NCBI GenBank assembly: GCA_002919195.1
Contig: PKEU01000137.1
Span: forward strand, 1,602 to 65,601
Direction of reading: 5' to 3'
Length of the DNA stretch: 64,000 nucleotides
Source: a bacterium
Lineage (GTDB): Bacteria; Bacillota; Limnochordia; DTU080; RSA5
Below are positions 1 to 9,659 of the stretch, piece by piece (position 1 is the stretch's first letter; each line of letters opens with the position of its first letter). Below the pieces are notes generated by a model. It saw nothing but the letters and a program-made list of their open reading frames with translations, was not told the origin of the DNA and did no database searches. Position numbers and translations under genes: made by a program.

Positions 1-572
1 AGCAACGCGACGCCGATAAGGACCAGCACGGGGATGGGTATTCCAAGAAGGGCCCCGTAAAACACCGGCCGGTAGGTCGCGCGGACCCCAAAGTTGAGCG
101 ACAAGGTGCCCCCGTCCGCAAAGTAGGTTACGAGCGACCGGAAGATCCCCATGGTCCCCAGTGTCACGATGAAGGCGTCGATCTTTCCCCGAGTGGAGAC
201 CAGGCCGTTGACGAGGCCCGCCGCCATGCCGAGGAGCAGCCCCACCGCCATGCCGATGAGAATGGTGATCCAACCGGTCCCCGTGGCCGGGACGAGCCGG
301 TTCATGATAATGATCATCGACCCTGCGATCCAGGCCGCCATCGAACCGACGGAAAGGTCGATGCCGCCCGCGATGATGACGAGCGTCGCGCCGACGGCGA
401 TGATCCCGATAAACGCGGTGCGGCTCAAGACGTTGGTCAGGTTGGCGACCGAGAGGAATGTCGGATTGATGGCAGCGCCGAGAGCGATCAAGGCGATGAG
501 CGCGATCAACGGACCGAGCGCAGTCAACCGGCCCCACATCAGGTGGGCAGTTCGAGGAGTTTCCTGGGCCAT
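1..572 (-). CDS. Sugar ABC transporter permease (RbsC/branched-chain-type). N-terminus is in the window (ATG at 572); the C-terminus runs off the 5' edge.
   Basis: The reverse-complement translation from ATG 572 gives MAQETPRTAHLMWGRLTALGPLIALIALIALGAAINPTFLSVANLTNVLSRTAFIGIIAVGATLVIIAGGIDLSVGSMAAW..., a hydrophobic multi-TM sequence typical of CUT2 permeases. It sits 16 nt downstream of the ATPase gene. The track ORF 151..621(+) is its antisense. Confidence 0.6.
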   Translation of the reverse strand, partial: MAQETPRTAHLMWGRLTALGPLIALIALIALGAAINPTFLSVANLTNVLSRTAFIGIIAVGATLVIIAGGIDLSVGSMAAWIAGSMIIIMNRLVPATGTGWITILIGMAVGLLLGMAAGLVNGLVSTRGKIDAFIVTLGTMGIFRSLVTYFADGGTLSLNFGVRATYRPVFYGALLGIPIPVLVLIGVAL

Positions 573-590
573 AGGTGTCGATCTCACGGT

Positions 591-2093
591 CTATGCGGCT
601 CCTTTCACTCCGGTGGCGTAGAGCATGATCTCTTCCTCCGTGATGTCGTCGCCGCTCAGGACGCCTGCGATGCGGCCGGAGCGCATCACGACGACGCGGT
701 GGCAAAGGCCGATGATCTCTTGCATCTCCGACGAAATGACGACGACGGATTTGCCAGTGGCGGCAAGGTCGTGGATAAACTGGTAAATCTGCTGCTTGGT
801 CCCCACGTCGATCCCCCGAGTAGGCTCGTCCAGCACGATCACCTGGGGATCGATGGCCATCACCTTAGCCAAGGCCAGCTTTTGCTGGTTGCCGCCGCTG
901 AGCTCGGCGACCAGCGAACGCAGGCTCGGGGCTTTGATGTCGTACTCGCCAATGGCCCGCTCCAGCTCTTGAAGCTCCTCCCTGCGCCGCAGCCAAAACC
1001 CAGCCTCTCGCACCGAGGACATCAGCGTCAGGTTGGGCGCGAGTTCCATCAAGGTGATCAGCCCTTTGCCCTTGCGGTCCTCGCTGAGATAGACCATGCC
1101 GCAGTTGATCGCGTCTTTGAGGCTGTAGATCTCGACCGGCCGACCGGCACGCTCGACGAAGCCGCCAGCCCTTGGGCGCAGGCCGAAGATCCCCTCAAAG
1201 AGCTCGGTCCGCCCGGCGCCGATCAACCCGGCAAAGCCCAAGATCTCGCCCCGGTAGAGCTCAAAGCTGCAGTGGTACGCGAACCCGGGAACCGTCACAT
1301 CGCGAACGGTTAAGACGGGTTGAACCTCGGGAGGAGGCGTCTTGGGCAAAAACATGTCTTCGAGAGAGCGGCCGACCATGCGCACCGCCATCTCATCGGC
1401 AGAGAGAGCCTCCGTGGGCTCGGTGGCGATGCGGTGGCCGTCGCGCAGGATGGTCACCCGCTGGGAGATCTCCTTAACCTCATCGAGTTTGTGGGAGATG
1501 TAGACGATGGAAACCCCGCTTTGCACGAGGCGGCGGATCACCTTGAAAAGGATTTCGACCTCGTGCGAGGTGAGGACGGCGGTCGGCTCGTCCATGATGA
1601 TAACGTCGGCTTTGCGGGAAATGGCCTTCGCGATTTCGACCATCTGCTTTTGACTCACGCTGAGGTCGCGCACGCGCGCCGTCGGGTCGATGTCGGTCTC
1701 GAGTTCGGCCAGGATTTCCCGGGAGAGCCTTCGCATTGCCCGCCGGTCGAGGAGCCATCCTTTTCGCAGTTCCCGTCCGAGAAAGATGTTTTCTTCGACC
1801 GTGAGGTCTTCGGCAAGGTTAAACTCCTGGTGGATCATCACCACGCCCTGGCGCTCGGCCTCGCTGACGCCCAGGGGCCGCCAGGGCTGCCCTTTATATG
1901 TCAACTCCCCTTGGGTCTGAGGGATGAGCCCGCACAGGATCTTGACCAAGGTCGACTTGCCGGCGCCGTTTTCGCCGATCAGCGCGTGGACCTCGCCTCG
2001 CCGCAAGGAGAAGTCGACGTCAAAGAGAACCCTGACAGGACCATAGTCTTTACAAATGCCTCTAGCCTCAAGGAGCACGTCCGAAGAGTCCAA
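591..2093 (-). CDS. Sugar ABC transporter ATP-binding protein (tandem ATPase, CUT2 family; RbsA/MglA-like).
   Basis: 500 aa with two nucleotide-binding domains. It carries a Walker A motif (GENGAGKSTL) and an LSGGNQQK signature. The start codon is TTG at 2093. Confidence 0.85.
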   Translation of the reverse strand: MDSSDVLLEARGICKDYGPVRVLFDVDFSLRRGEVHALIGENGAGKSTLVKILCGLIPQTQGELTYKGQPWRPLGVSEAERQGVVMIHQEFNLAEDLTVEENIFLGRELRKGWLLDRRAMRRLSREILAELETDIDPTARVRDLSVSQKQMVEIAKAISRKADVIIMDEPTAVLTSHEVEILFKVIRRLVQSGVSIVYISHKLDEVKEISQRVTILRDGHRIATEPTEALSADEMAVRMVGRSLEDMFLPKTPPPEVQPVLTVRDVTVPGFAYHCSFELYRGEILGFAGLIGAGRTELFEGIFGLRPRAGGFVERAGRPVEIYSLKDAINCGMVYLSEDRKGKGLITLMELAPNLTLMSSVREAGFWLRRREELQELERAIGEYDIKAPSLRSLVAELSGGNQQKLALAKVMAIDPQVIVLDEPTRGIDVGTKQQIYQFIHDLAATGKSVVVISSEMQEIIGLCHRVVVMRSGRIAGVLSGDDITEEEIMLYATGVKGAA

Positions 2094-2306
2094 CAGTTCC
2101 CCCGCCCCATGGTTTTCTGTATTTTTGAGGAGTTTTTAGACGGTAGTCATCTTTTTCCTCCTTTTGGGGTGCGCAAAGGGCACGGAGCGGCGGGGGGCTG
2201 CATAACCTGGGGCCGCTAGACGCTCGATTGAAACGCTTTGAGCCCTGCCGAAGCCTAAGGGCTGCGTTGGCGTGGCGCACGGCCGCGCCGGAAGAGGTGT
2301 TGGAAC

Positions 2307-3410
2307 TTGAACCGTGCGCGTCACTTTTTCCCTGGCAGCAATACGCCACAAGGGTTTTTCTCGTATTACGACCACATCTTGCCCCACGAAAAAGCCGAGC
2401 GGATCATCATCCTCAAGGGCGGCCCGGGCACCGGGAAATCGACACTGATGAAGCGCCTGGCCGACGACTGGGAAAGGCGCGGTCTAACGGTCGAGCATCA
2501 CCACTGCTCGGCTGATCCCGGCTCTCTGGACGCGGTGGCGCTTCCGGAGGCGGGCGTCGCCGTCGTCGACGGCACGCGGCCGCACACCATCGATCCCCGA
2601 TTTCCCGGAGCCGTCGACGAGATCGTCCACCTGGGCGAATACTGGGACGAAGAAGGCATCCGCCGCCACCGCGACGAGATCGCGGCTTTGAGCGCCCTTT
2701 CGAGCCAGGCCTACCAGCGGGCTTACCGGTACCTGGCCGCCTCCCGCCTCGTCTACGAAGAGGTGGTGGCCATCCATTCCCGGGCCTTGGACCTGGGCCG
2801 CCTCAACCAGATGGCGCAAGCGCTCATCGCCCGGTGCCTCTCGACGCGGCCCGCCGCGGCAGTACCCGGCCCCGTCCGGCGACTCTTTGCCAGCGCGATC
2901 ACGCCCCGCGGGCACGTCCACTTCGTCGACCGCCTGGCCGCCGGTGCGAGCCGCGTGGTCGTGATCCAAGGTCCGCCGGGCACGGGGAAGTCCACCCTCG
3001 TCGAAAAGCTCGCGCAAGAAGCGAGTCGTCAGGGGATCGCTGTCGAGTGCTTTCACTCCCCGTACGATCCCGTCCGGGTCGACCACCTCGTGGCGCCTGA
3101 GCTCGACCTCGCCGTCATCACTTCCGCTCCTCCCTACCTTTGGGCGGGAAGCGCTGAAGAGGTGGTCGACACGCGCGAAGCGCTCTTGGAAGAAAGGCTG
3201 CAGCCCCACCGGGAGGAACTGAAAGAGGCGGAGCAACAGGCGCTCCGCCTCCTGGAGATAGCGATCCGCTCGCTCGCGCAGGCCAAGGCGTACCACGACC
3301 AGCTCGAGCAATACTACGTACCCCACATGGATTTTCCCGCCATGGAAGAACTCTACCAGCGGTTGCGGCGCAAGCTGGAGGCGCACCTCGACAGGCTCGT
3401 CACGCCGTAG
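2307..3410 (+). CDS. Uncharacterised P-loop NTPase with two Walker A motifs (PRK06851-like tandem ATPase).
   Basis: 367 aa containing GGPGTGKSTLMK and GPPGTGKSTLVEK motifs. The N-terminal HFFPGSNTPQGFFSYYD segment fits my recollection of the conserved Firmicute 'hypothetical ATPase' family. The start codon is TTG. Confidence 0.55.
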   Translation: MNRARHFFPGSNTPQGFFSYYDHILPHEKAERIIILKGGPGTGKSTLMKRLADDWERRGLTVEHHHCSADPGSLDAVALPEAGVAVVDGTRPHTIDPRFPGAVDEIVHLGEYWDEEGIRRHRDEIAALSALSSQAYQRAYRYLAASRLVYEEVVAIHSRALDLGRLNQMAQALIARCLSTRPAAAVPGPVRRLFASAITPRGHVHFVDRLAAGASRVVVIQGPPGTGKSTLVEKLAQEASRQGIAVECFHSPYDPVRVDHLVAPELDLAVITSAPPYLWAGSAEEVVDTREALLEERLQPHREELKEAEQQALRLLEIAIRSLAQAKAYHDQLEQYYVPHMDFPAMEELYQRLRRKLEAHLDRLVTP

Positions 3411-4215
3411 CCTCAGGCGGCGTGTAGACCACGGTGCTGTTGCGCGGGATGATGAGCCGCTCCGGCCGGTCGCTGGGGAACGCTGCCGACCATTCGTGAG
3501 GATCGTAGTTGCGCTTGACAAAGCAGTCGTAGTGAGCGGGCACGGCCGTGACGAGCCCGATCTTGGTGGCCATAGCCACGGAGCCGTCGAAAAACGGGAA
3601 CTCGCCTTCCGTCGGGTGAGTCGTCAAAAAGCCGATGTGAGGTTTGAGCTCCGCGATGGGCCGGATAAGATCGTCCCGCTCGGCGAAGGTGTTGATGGGA
3701 TCTCCCGAGACGTACACCCGCACGCCGCCCGCGTCGATCACGTAACCCAGGTGGGTGACGTCCGGAGGCGCGATGCCTCGTTCCGGGTCCCCTTCCGGGG
3801 GTTTGGCGTACACCGCGGCGACCTGGAGCCCGTCCAGCTCCAGCCGGTCGCCTGCGCGTACCGTGATCGTCCTCTCTTGGGGGATCCCCGCCTCCACCAT
3901 CGCTTGCACGCTTTCGACGGGCCCGGCAAAGCGCGCCTTGGGCCAGGCGTCGCGAATCCGGAGCAAGGACTCGATGCAGGTGTGGTCGCTGTGGTTGTGG
4001 GTGAGCAGCACCCAGTCGGTCCGCACCTCCGCCTCGTCCACCGGCGGCTCGGCATGAATGTATTTCTCGGGCGGCCGCTGGCGGGGAAAGTACGGGTCGA
4101 TCATCACGATGGTCCCCTTCGCGTCTTTGAGCGCGTAGGAACTCTGCTCAAACCAGTGAATCGCGACGGAACCCGGGTTGACCGTCGCGGCTTCGATGGC
4201 GTGCATCGGCATCAT
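3400..4215 (-). CDS. MBL-fold metal-dependent hydrolase.
   Basis: 271 aa with the LLTHNHSDH (HxHxDH) metallo-beta-lactamase motif. Confidence 0.7.
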   Translation of the reverse strand: MMPMHAIEAATVNPGSVAIHWFEQSSYALKDAKGTIVMIDPYFPRQRPPEKYIHAEPPVDEAEVRTDWVLLTHNHSDHTCIESLLRIRDAWPKARFAGPVESVQAMVEAGIPQERTITVRAGDRLELDGLQVAAVYAKPPEGDPERGIAPPDVTHLGYVIDAGGVRVYVSGDPINTFAERDDLIRPIAELKPHIGFLTTHPTEGEFPFFDGSVAMATKIGLVTAVPAHYDCFVKRNYDPHEWSAAFPSDRPERLIIPRNSTVVYTPPEATA

Positions 4216-4242
4216 CCTCCTCGACGTTGATCTGCTGCCGGC

Positions 4243-5622
4243 TCAAGACTTTAGACCGTCACGGGCAGCCTCCTGCCAAAAGAGCGCGACCGCCTCCCGG
4301 GCGACGCGGAAGGTCTCGACGCTGAAGCGCTCGTTAGGCGCGTGGGCATTGCTGTCAGGGTCGGCAAAGCCCATGAGGACGCACGGGACGCGAAGGAGCC
4401 GGTCGAAGCTTTCGACCACAGGGATCGAGCCCCCCGTGGGCGCGAGGGCCACGTCCTTTCCAAAGGTCCTTTGCAGGGCCCGGATCGCGGCCTGGAGAGC
4501 CGGGTGCTCGAGGTCGGCCTTCCAAGGCCGGGCACCATGCCCCGGCGTCACTTCGACGCGGGCGTAGGGCGGGCAAAGGCGCTGGAAGTGGGCGGTCAAG
4601 AGGCGGACCACCTCCTCGGGGTCTTGGCCGGCCACCAAGCGGCACGTGATCTTCGCGTGGGCCTCGCGGGGGATCACGGTCTTGGACCCCTCGCCCAAAA
4701 AGCCGCCCCACATGCCGTTGACCTCAAAGGTGGGCCGGACGGTCATCCGCTCAAAAGGCGTGTAGCCCGGCTCCCCGTCCCACCCGCCGAGCTCGAGCCG
4801 CTCAAGGAGCTCCTTTTCATTAAACGGCAGAGCGGCGTAGGCTTGCCGTTCCCGGGGCGTCGGCTCGATCACCCGGTCGTAAAAGCCGGGCACTGCGACG
4901 CGCCCCTGATCGTCCTTGCTCGCCGCGATCAACTGGGCCAGGACCTGCAGCGCATTGGGTGCAGCCCCGCCGTAGAGCCCTGAGTGGAGATCGGTCGCCG
5001 CCGTCGTCACGTGAAGCTCCACCGCGGCGATCCCCCTCAGCCCGGTGCACAAGGTGGGAAGGCCCGGTGCAAACATCGATGTGTCGGAGATAACGACAAA
5101 ATCGGCCGAAACCAAGTCGGGCCGCTCCTGCAAGAACGGCTCGAGGCTGGGCGAGCCCACCTCCTCTTCCCCTTCGATCAACACCCGCACGTTGACGGGA
5201 AGTTCCCCGTAGCAAGCGAGCAGCGCTCCCAAGGCGGCAAGATGCACCATCACCTGCCCCTTGTCGTCGCTAGCTCCCCGCGCGTAGATCCGCCCCTGCC
5301 GGACCTCGGGTTCGAAAGGCGGCGACTCCCAAAGATCGAGCGGGTCGACAGGCTGGACGTCGTAGTGGCCGTAGATCAGCGCCGTAGGCTTGTTGGCGTC
5401 TCGAATCCAATCGGCGTAGACAATCGGATGCCCAGGTGTCTCGATGACTTGGACATTTTCCAATCCCACCCGGCGCATGGCCGCGGCCAGCCACTCCGCC
5501 GCCCGGTGCATGTCCGCCCGGTGCTCCCTCAACGCACTGACGCTCGGGATGCGAAGAAACTCGATGAGGTCCGAAAGATCTTGCTCAAAGCGAGAGGCGA
5601 GTTGCTCTTGGAGTGAAGACAT
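4243..5622 (-). CDS. M20 family metallopeptidase (dipeptidase/ArgE-DapE-like).
   Basis: 459 aa. It carries the YGHYDVQP and ARGASDDKGQ motifs typical of M20 peptidases. Confidence 0.8.
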   Translation of the reverse strand: MSSLQEQLASRFEQDLSDLIEFLRIPSVSALREHRADMHRAAEWLAAAMRRVGLENVQVIETPGHPIVYADWIRDANKPTALIYGHYDVQPVDPLDLWESPPFEPEVRQGRIYARGASDDKGQVMVHLAALGALLACYGELPVNVRVLIEGEEEVGSPSLEPFLQERPDLVSADFVVISDTSMFAPGLPTLCTGLRGIAAVELHVTTAATDLHSGLYGGAAPNALQVLAQLIAASKDDQGRVAVPGFYDRVIEPTPRERQAYAALPFNEKELLERLELGGWDGEPGYTPFERMTVRPTFEVNGMWGGFLGEGSKTVIPREAHAKITCRLVAGQDPEEVVRLLTAHFQRLCPPYARVEVTPGHGARPWKADLEHPALQAAIRALQRTFGKDVALAPTGGSIPVVESFDRLLRVPCVLMGFADPDSNAHAPNERFSVETFRVAREAVALFWQEAARDGLKS

Positions 5623-5782
5623 CGGTCTACCTGCCTTCCATCTCAGCGTCTTTCCACCGTTTCACCGATGACAAGCACGACGGCAACCTTAGGTGCTTAT
5701 TCCCGCTCAGCAGGGAGAGGCCTGCCGGCGTGTAATGTGAGGGATAATGCGATCGATCAACCTGGGAAAGGGACTTGTGTCG

Positions 5783-6448
5783 ATGCCATTTCTTGGAATC
5801 GTCTTCGACTTCGACGGGACCATCGTCGACACCGAGCGAGTGATCTACGATTGCTGGCGTGAAGTGTTTCGCAAATACGGGCACGATCTCCCTCTCGAGG
5901 CGTGGGTCCAATACGTCGGGGCGGCGACCGGCGCCATCGATCCATACCAGATGCTGGAAGTGAAGCTAGGAAGGCCGGTCGATCGCGTCGAGGTCGACGT
6001 TTACCGGCGCCCCTTGGAAAAAGAGATGCTGGCCAAGGAACCGATGCGCCCCGGCGTTTCCGAGCTGATTGAGGACGCGAGGCGGAAGGGTTTGAGGCTC
6101 GCTGTGGCCTCTAATTCCCAGGAACCGTGGGTGACCCGGGGGCTTGAGGCGCTGGGCATCGCCCATCACTTTGAAGCGGTGTGTACCCCCGACGACGGGG
6201 TCGATCCCAAACCCTCCCCCGCCCTGTACCTTTTGGCTGTCGAACGGCTTGGCATCCCGCCCGGCCGCGCCCTGGCCATCGAGGATTCTCCCCTAGGCGC
6301 CCAGTCCGCCGTGGCGGCCGGCCTCGCTTGTGTTGTGGTCCCCAGCGCGCTGACGAAGCACGAGAGCTTCCCGCCGCAGTGCGTGGTTTTGGATACCCTC
6401 GAGGGTCTTGACATCGACCAGCTGGTCGACCTGGGACAGAGGTCATGA
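5783..6448 (+). CDS. HAD-family hydrolase (beta-phosphoglucomutase-like subfamily).
   Basis: The FLGIVFDFDGTIVDTE motif I is present. The internal ATG at 5783 is preferred over the track start at 5747. Confidence 0.75.
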   Translation: MPFLGIVFDFDGTIVDTERVIYDCWREVFRKYGHDLPLEAWVQYVGAATGAIDPYQMLEVKLGRPVDRVEVDVYRRPLEKEMLAKEPMRPGVSELIEDARRKGLRLAVASNSQEPWVTRGLEALGIAHHFEAVCTPDDGVDPKPSPALYLLAVERLGIPPGRALAIEDSPLGAQSAVAAGLACVVVPSALTKHESFPPQCVVLDTLEGLDIDQLVDLGQRS

Positions 6449-6494
6449 TGTCATAGGCCTCCCACCAATTCACCGGCAAAGGAGCGATGCTGCC

Positions 6495-7982
6495 GTGCAA
6501 CTGACTACCGTGCACCAAAGCATTACGGACGTCGCCGCCGACGCGATCGTCGTCAACCTCTTTGAAGGCGTCACGCATCCAGGCGGCGCGACCGGCGCTG
6601 TCGACAGAGTCACCGGAGGCTTGATCCGCAAGCTGATCGAGAGCGGCGGCTTCAAAGGGAAAAAGGGCGAGTGCGCAACGCTCCATTTCCCCCCGGGCCT
6701 CTCCCAGCGAAGCGTCATCATCGTCGGTCTAGGTCCAGCCAATGACTTTTCCCTCGACCGGGTGCGGGAAGTGACCGCGGCTTCCCTCAAGGAAGCGGCC
6801 CGCATCGGCGCCCGCCGCGTGGCCACCATCGTCCACGGCGCGGGGATCGGAGGTCTTGAGACGGGCGCTGCCGCCCAGGCGGTGGCCGAAGGGGCTTTGC
6901 TTGGGACCTACCGGTATACCCGGTTTAAACAGGAGCCCGACGAAAAACGCGTCGAAGAGCTGATCATCGCCGAGATGGCCGCGGAAAAGATCGAAGCCGT
7001 TCGCCAAGGCGTCGCCAAGGGGAGAATCCTCGCGGAGAGCACAAATTTCGCGCGGGACCTCGTCAACACCCCCAGCAACCACTTGACGCCGGCGATGCTC
7101 GCGGAGGCTGCCGCCGAAATGGCCCGGGAGGTCGGACTCTCCTGCACGGTCATCGAGCGGGAGGAGATGGAGCGGCTGGGCATGGGCGCGCTGCTGGGCG
7201 TGGCCAAGGGCAGCGCTGAGCCTCCCAAGCTCATCGTCCTCCGAAATGAAAAAAGGAGCGGCGGCCCCTTGACCGCCCTCGTCGGCAAAGGCGTCACCTT
7301 TGACACCGGGGGGATCTCCCTCAAACCCGCCCAGGGGATGGAAGAGATGAAGAGCGACATGGCCGGCGCCGCTGCGGTGCTCGGGGCCCTGCGCGCCATC
7401 GCGCAGCTGAAACCGGAGGCCGACGTCATGGGCGTGATCCCCGCGGTGGAAAACATGCCGTCGGGCACGGCGCTCAAGCCGGGCGACATCGTCAGGGCCA
7501 TGACGGGCAAGACCATCGAGGTTGACAACACCGACGCCGAAGGCCGGCTGATCTTGGCGGACGCCGTCGCCTATGCCGCCTCGCAGGGCGCCGAGAGGAT
7601 TGTCGACGTCGCCACCTTGACCGGGGCGTGCGTGGTGGCCCTAGGACGGGTGTACACGGGTCTTGTGGCCAACGACGATCAGCTGGTGGCCGAGCTGCTC
7701 GAGGCGGCCCAAGAGGCGGGCGAGAAGTTGTGGCGCCTGCCCGCCGATCCCGACTACAAAGAGCAGTATAAGAGCGACGTGGCTGATATGAAAAACACCG
7801 GCGGCCGGGAGGCGGGCGCCATCACCGGCGCTTTGATCATCGGTGAGTTTGTCGGCACGGCCAAGTGGGCCCACCTCGACATCGCCGGCACGAGCTTCTC
7901 CCGCTCCGAGAAGGGGTACCACCCCAAAGGCGCGACGGGCGTGGCCGTCCGCACACTGGCTCAGTGGGTGGCCGGAAACTAA
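6495..7982 (+). CDS. pepA: Leucyl aminopeptidase (M17).
   Basis: It carries the NTDAEGRLILADA signature and VGKGVTFDTGGISLKP. A GTG start at 6495 is preceded by the RBS AAAGGAG at 6478-6484; the track ORF starts upstream at 6408. Confidence 0.85.
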   Translation: MQLTTVHQSITDVAADAIVVNLFEGVTHPGGATGAVDRVTGGLIRKLIESGGFKGKKGECATLHFPPGLSQRSVIIVGLGPANDFSLDRVREVTAASLKEAARIGARRVATIVHGAGIGGLETGAAAQAVAEGALLGTYRYTRFKQEPDEKRVEELIIAEMAAEKIEAVRQGVAKGRILAESTNFARDLVNTPSNHLTPAMLAEAAAEMAREVGLSCTVIEREEMERLGMGALLGVAKGSAEPPKLIVLRNEKRSGGPLTALVGKGVTFDTGGISLKPAQGMEEMKSDMAGAAAVLGALRAIAQLKPEADVMGVIPAVENMPSGTALKPGDIVRAMTGKTIEVDNTDAEGRLILADAVAYAASQGAERIVDVATLTGACVVALGRVYTGLVANDDQLVAELLEAAQEAGEKLWRLPADPDYKEQYKSDVADMKNTGGREAGAITGALIIGEFVGTAKWAHLDIAGTSFSRSEKGYHPKGATGVAVRTLAQWVAGN

Positions 7983-8043
7983 CGTACGGGCGGCACGGCT
8001 GAGATAGAGAACAAACGAGGGGGCGTTTTGCCCCCTCCCCAGC

Positions 8044-8889
8044 TCACGCCAACCCCGCGGCCGTCCAGACTTTCTCGACGGCCGCGGCGGTCACGCGCAC
8101 AGCTTCCTCCGGCGGGAGCGTGTAGAGCCGCGCGCTAAAGGGCTCAGGCGTCACCGGGCCGTCATACCCGATCTCCCGCAGCGATTGCAAAAAGACCGTG
8201 ATGGGGATCACGCCCGTCTCGCCCGGCAGGCAGCGGACGTTGTCTATTTGCTCATCGACGGGGATGCCCTCCGGTGCGTCGTTGATATGCACATCGACGA
8301 CGTCCTGCTTTCTCAAGGCTTTGAGCTGATTTTCGTCGCCCCCTGACGTGTACCAGTGCCAGGCGTCAAGGAGCAGGCCCACGTTGCCCGTGCCGATGGC
8401 TTCGCAAAGCTCGAGCATCCCCTCGAGGGTGTGGATGAACTCGTAAGGTTTCCCGTGCCGGAGCGTCTTAGGCCCCAAAAACTCCAGCCCCAGGGCGATG
8501 CCTTGGTCAGCGAGGATCTGCGCGGCCGGCCGCAAACGGTCCCGGTGAAACTGGAAGTTCTCTTTGAAATCCAAAGTCTCGCTCCACGACAAGATGTAGG
8601 TCGAGCAGCGGGTGCATCCGGTTTGCCGCGCCGCCTTGGCCTTCTCCTCCAATTGGTTTAAACTCTCTTGATACTCTTTCTCTCCCTCTCGAAACGCGAC
8701 GGGAAGGCCAAAAGACCCGGGTCTCAGCCCCAGCTGGTCGAGGAGGTCTCGTGCCTTTTGGGGTCCCTCTTTGACGACAAAATCCAGGTCGAGTTGAATT
8801 CCTTGAAACCCGTGGGCCGCGGCGAGCCGCGCTGCTTCGGAAAAGGGCACGCCGACGCCGATCGCGCCCGGGCTCAAACACGTGTACAT
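8044..8889 (-). CDS. Sugar phosphate isomerase/epimerase (xylose-isomerase-like TIM barrel).
   Basis: TIM-barrel AP-endonuclease 2/xylose-isomerase-like pattern. An internal Met start at 8889 is likely; the track start is 8922. Confidence 0.6.
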   Translation of the reverse strand: MYTCLSPGAIGVGVPFSEAARLAAAHGFQGIQLDLDFVVKEGPQKARDLLDQLGLRPGSFGLPVAFREGEKEYQESLNQLEEKAKAARQTGCTRCSTYILSWSETLDFKENFQFHRDRLRPAAQILADQGIALGLEFLGPKTLRHGKPYEFIHTLEGMLELCEAIGTGNVGLLLDAWHWYTSGGDENQLKALRKQDVVDVHINDAPEGIPVDEQIDNVRCLPGETGVIPITVFLQSLREIGYDGPVTPEPFSARLYTLPPEEAVRVTAAAVEKVWTAAGLA

Positions 8890-9063
8890 GCCGTTCTCCC
8901 CTTCCTTGGCGATGGCTCCCACCGTTCGATTCTTCCCGCCGCCAGGGATTTCCTCGCGGGAGGGGCCTCAGCTCGATTTTCCCCGGAGGATCTTCCCAAC
9001 ACGGCAGGAGTGTAACGGGCTGCGAGAGAAACATCGGGGCACATTGGTGAAACGGGGTGTCCT

Positions 9064-9636
9064 ATGCGCCTGCTTTGGCTCGGACTTCCGTTGGTTATCG
9101 TGGGCTCCATCGTCTTGCCGGCGATGGTGGGAGGAGCCTACAGTCCCACTCGCTCCCGCGCCGTCAGAAAGATGCTGGAGCACGCCCGTATCCAGCCGGG
9201 AGACGTCCTGGTCGACCTGGGCGCGGGCGACGGCCGGATCCTCCTCCACGCGGCGCGGCAGTACCGGATCCCCGTCGTCGGCATTGAAATCGACCCGTTG
9301 CGCTGGTGTTACTGCCGGCTGCGTTTGAGCTTGAGCGGCGTCCGCCATCTGGCGACGGTCCGGCTCGCCAACTTCTTTGACGTCGACCTCTCCTTTGCGA
9401 CGGTCGTCACTTTCTATCTCTCGCAGGCGGCCGCCGACAAACTCAAGGCCAAGTTTGAGGCTGAGCTTCCCGACGGCGCCCGGGTCGTCTCTTACCGCCG
9501 CCCGATCCGGGGATGGATCCCAACGCTCCACGACCCGGAGGACGACGTGTATGTCTACACCATCACCCGGACGAGCCGGGGAGGCTCGTCGGGGGACGAC
9601 CGGCCCGGGCCTTCCCCAGGGGAGGAGTCGCGCTGA
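9064..9636 (+). CDS. Class I SAM-dependent methyltransferase.
   Basis: Carries VLVDLGAGDGRILLHAA (motif I, GxGxG) followed by VVGIEID. Confidence 0.6.
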   Translation: MRLLWLGLPLVIVGSIVLPAMVGGAYSPTRSRAVRKMLEHARIQPGDVLVDLGAGDGRILLHAARQYRIPVVGIEIDPLRWCYCRLRLSLSGVRHLATVRLANFFDVDLSFATVVTFYLSQAAADKLKAKFEAELPDGARVVSYRRPIRGWIPTLHDPEDDVYVYTITRTSRGGSSGDDRPGPSPGEESR

Positions 9637-9659
9637 GACTTTTCCGGTCTATCACCATC

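Noticed and set aside
151-621. 156-aa plus-strand ORF at the window start.
   Set aside because: Antisense to the ABC permease whose reverse-strand translation is convincingly hydrophobic. It also overlaps the ATPase 3' end.
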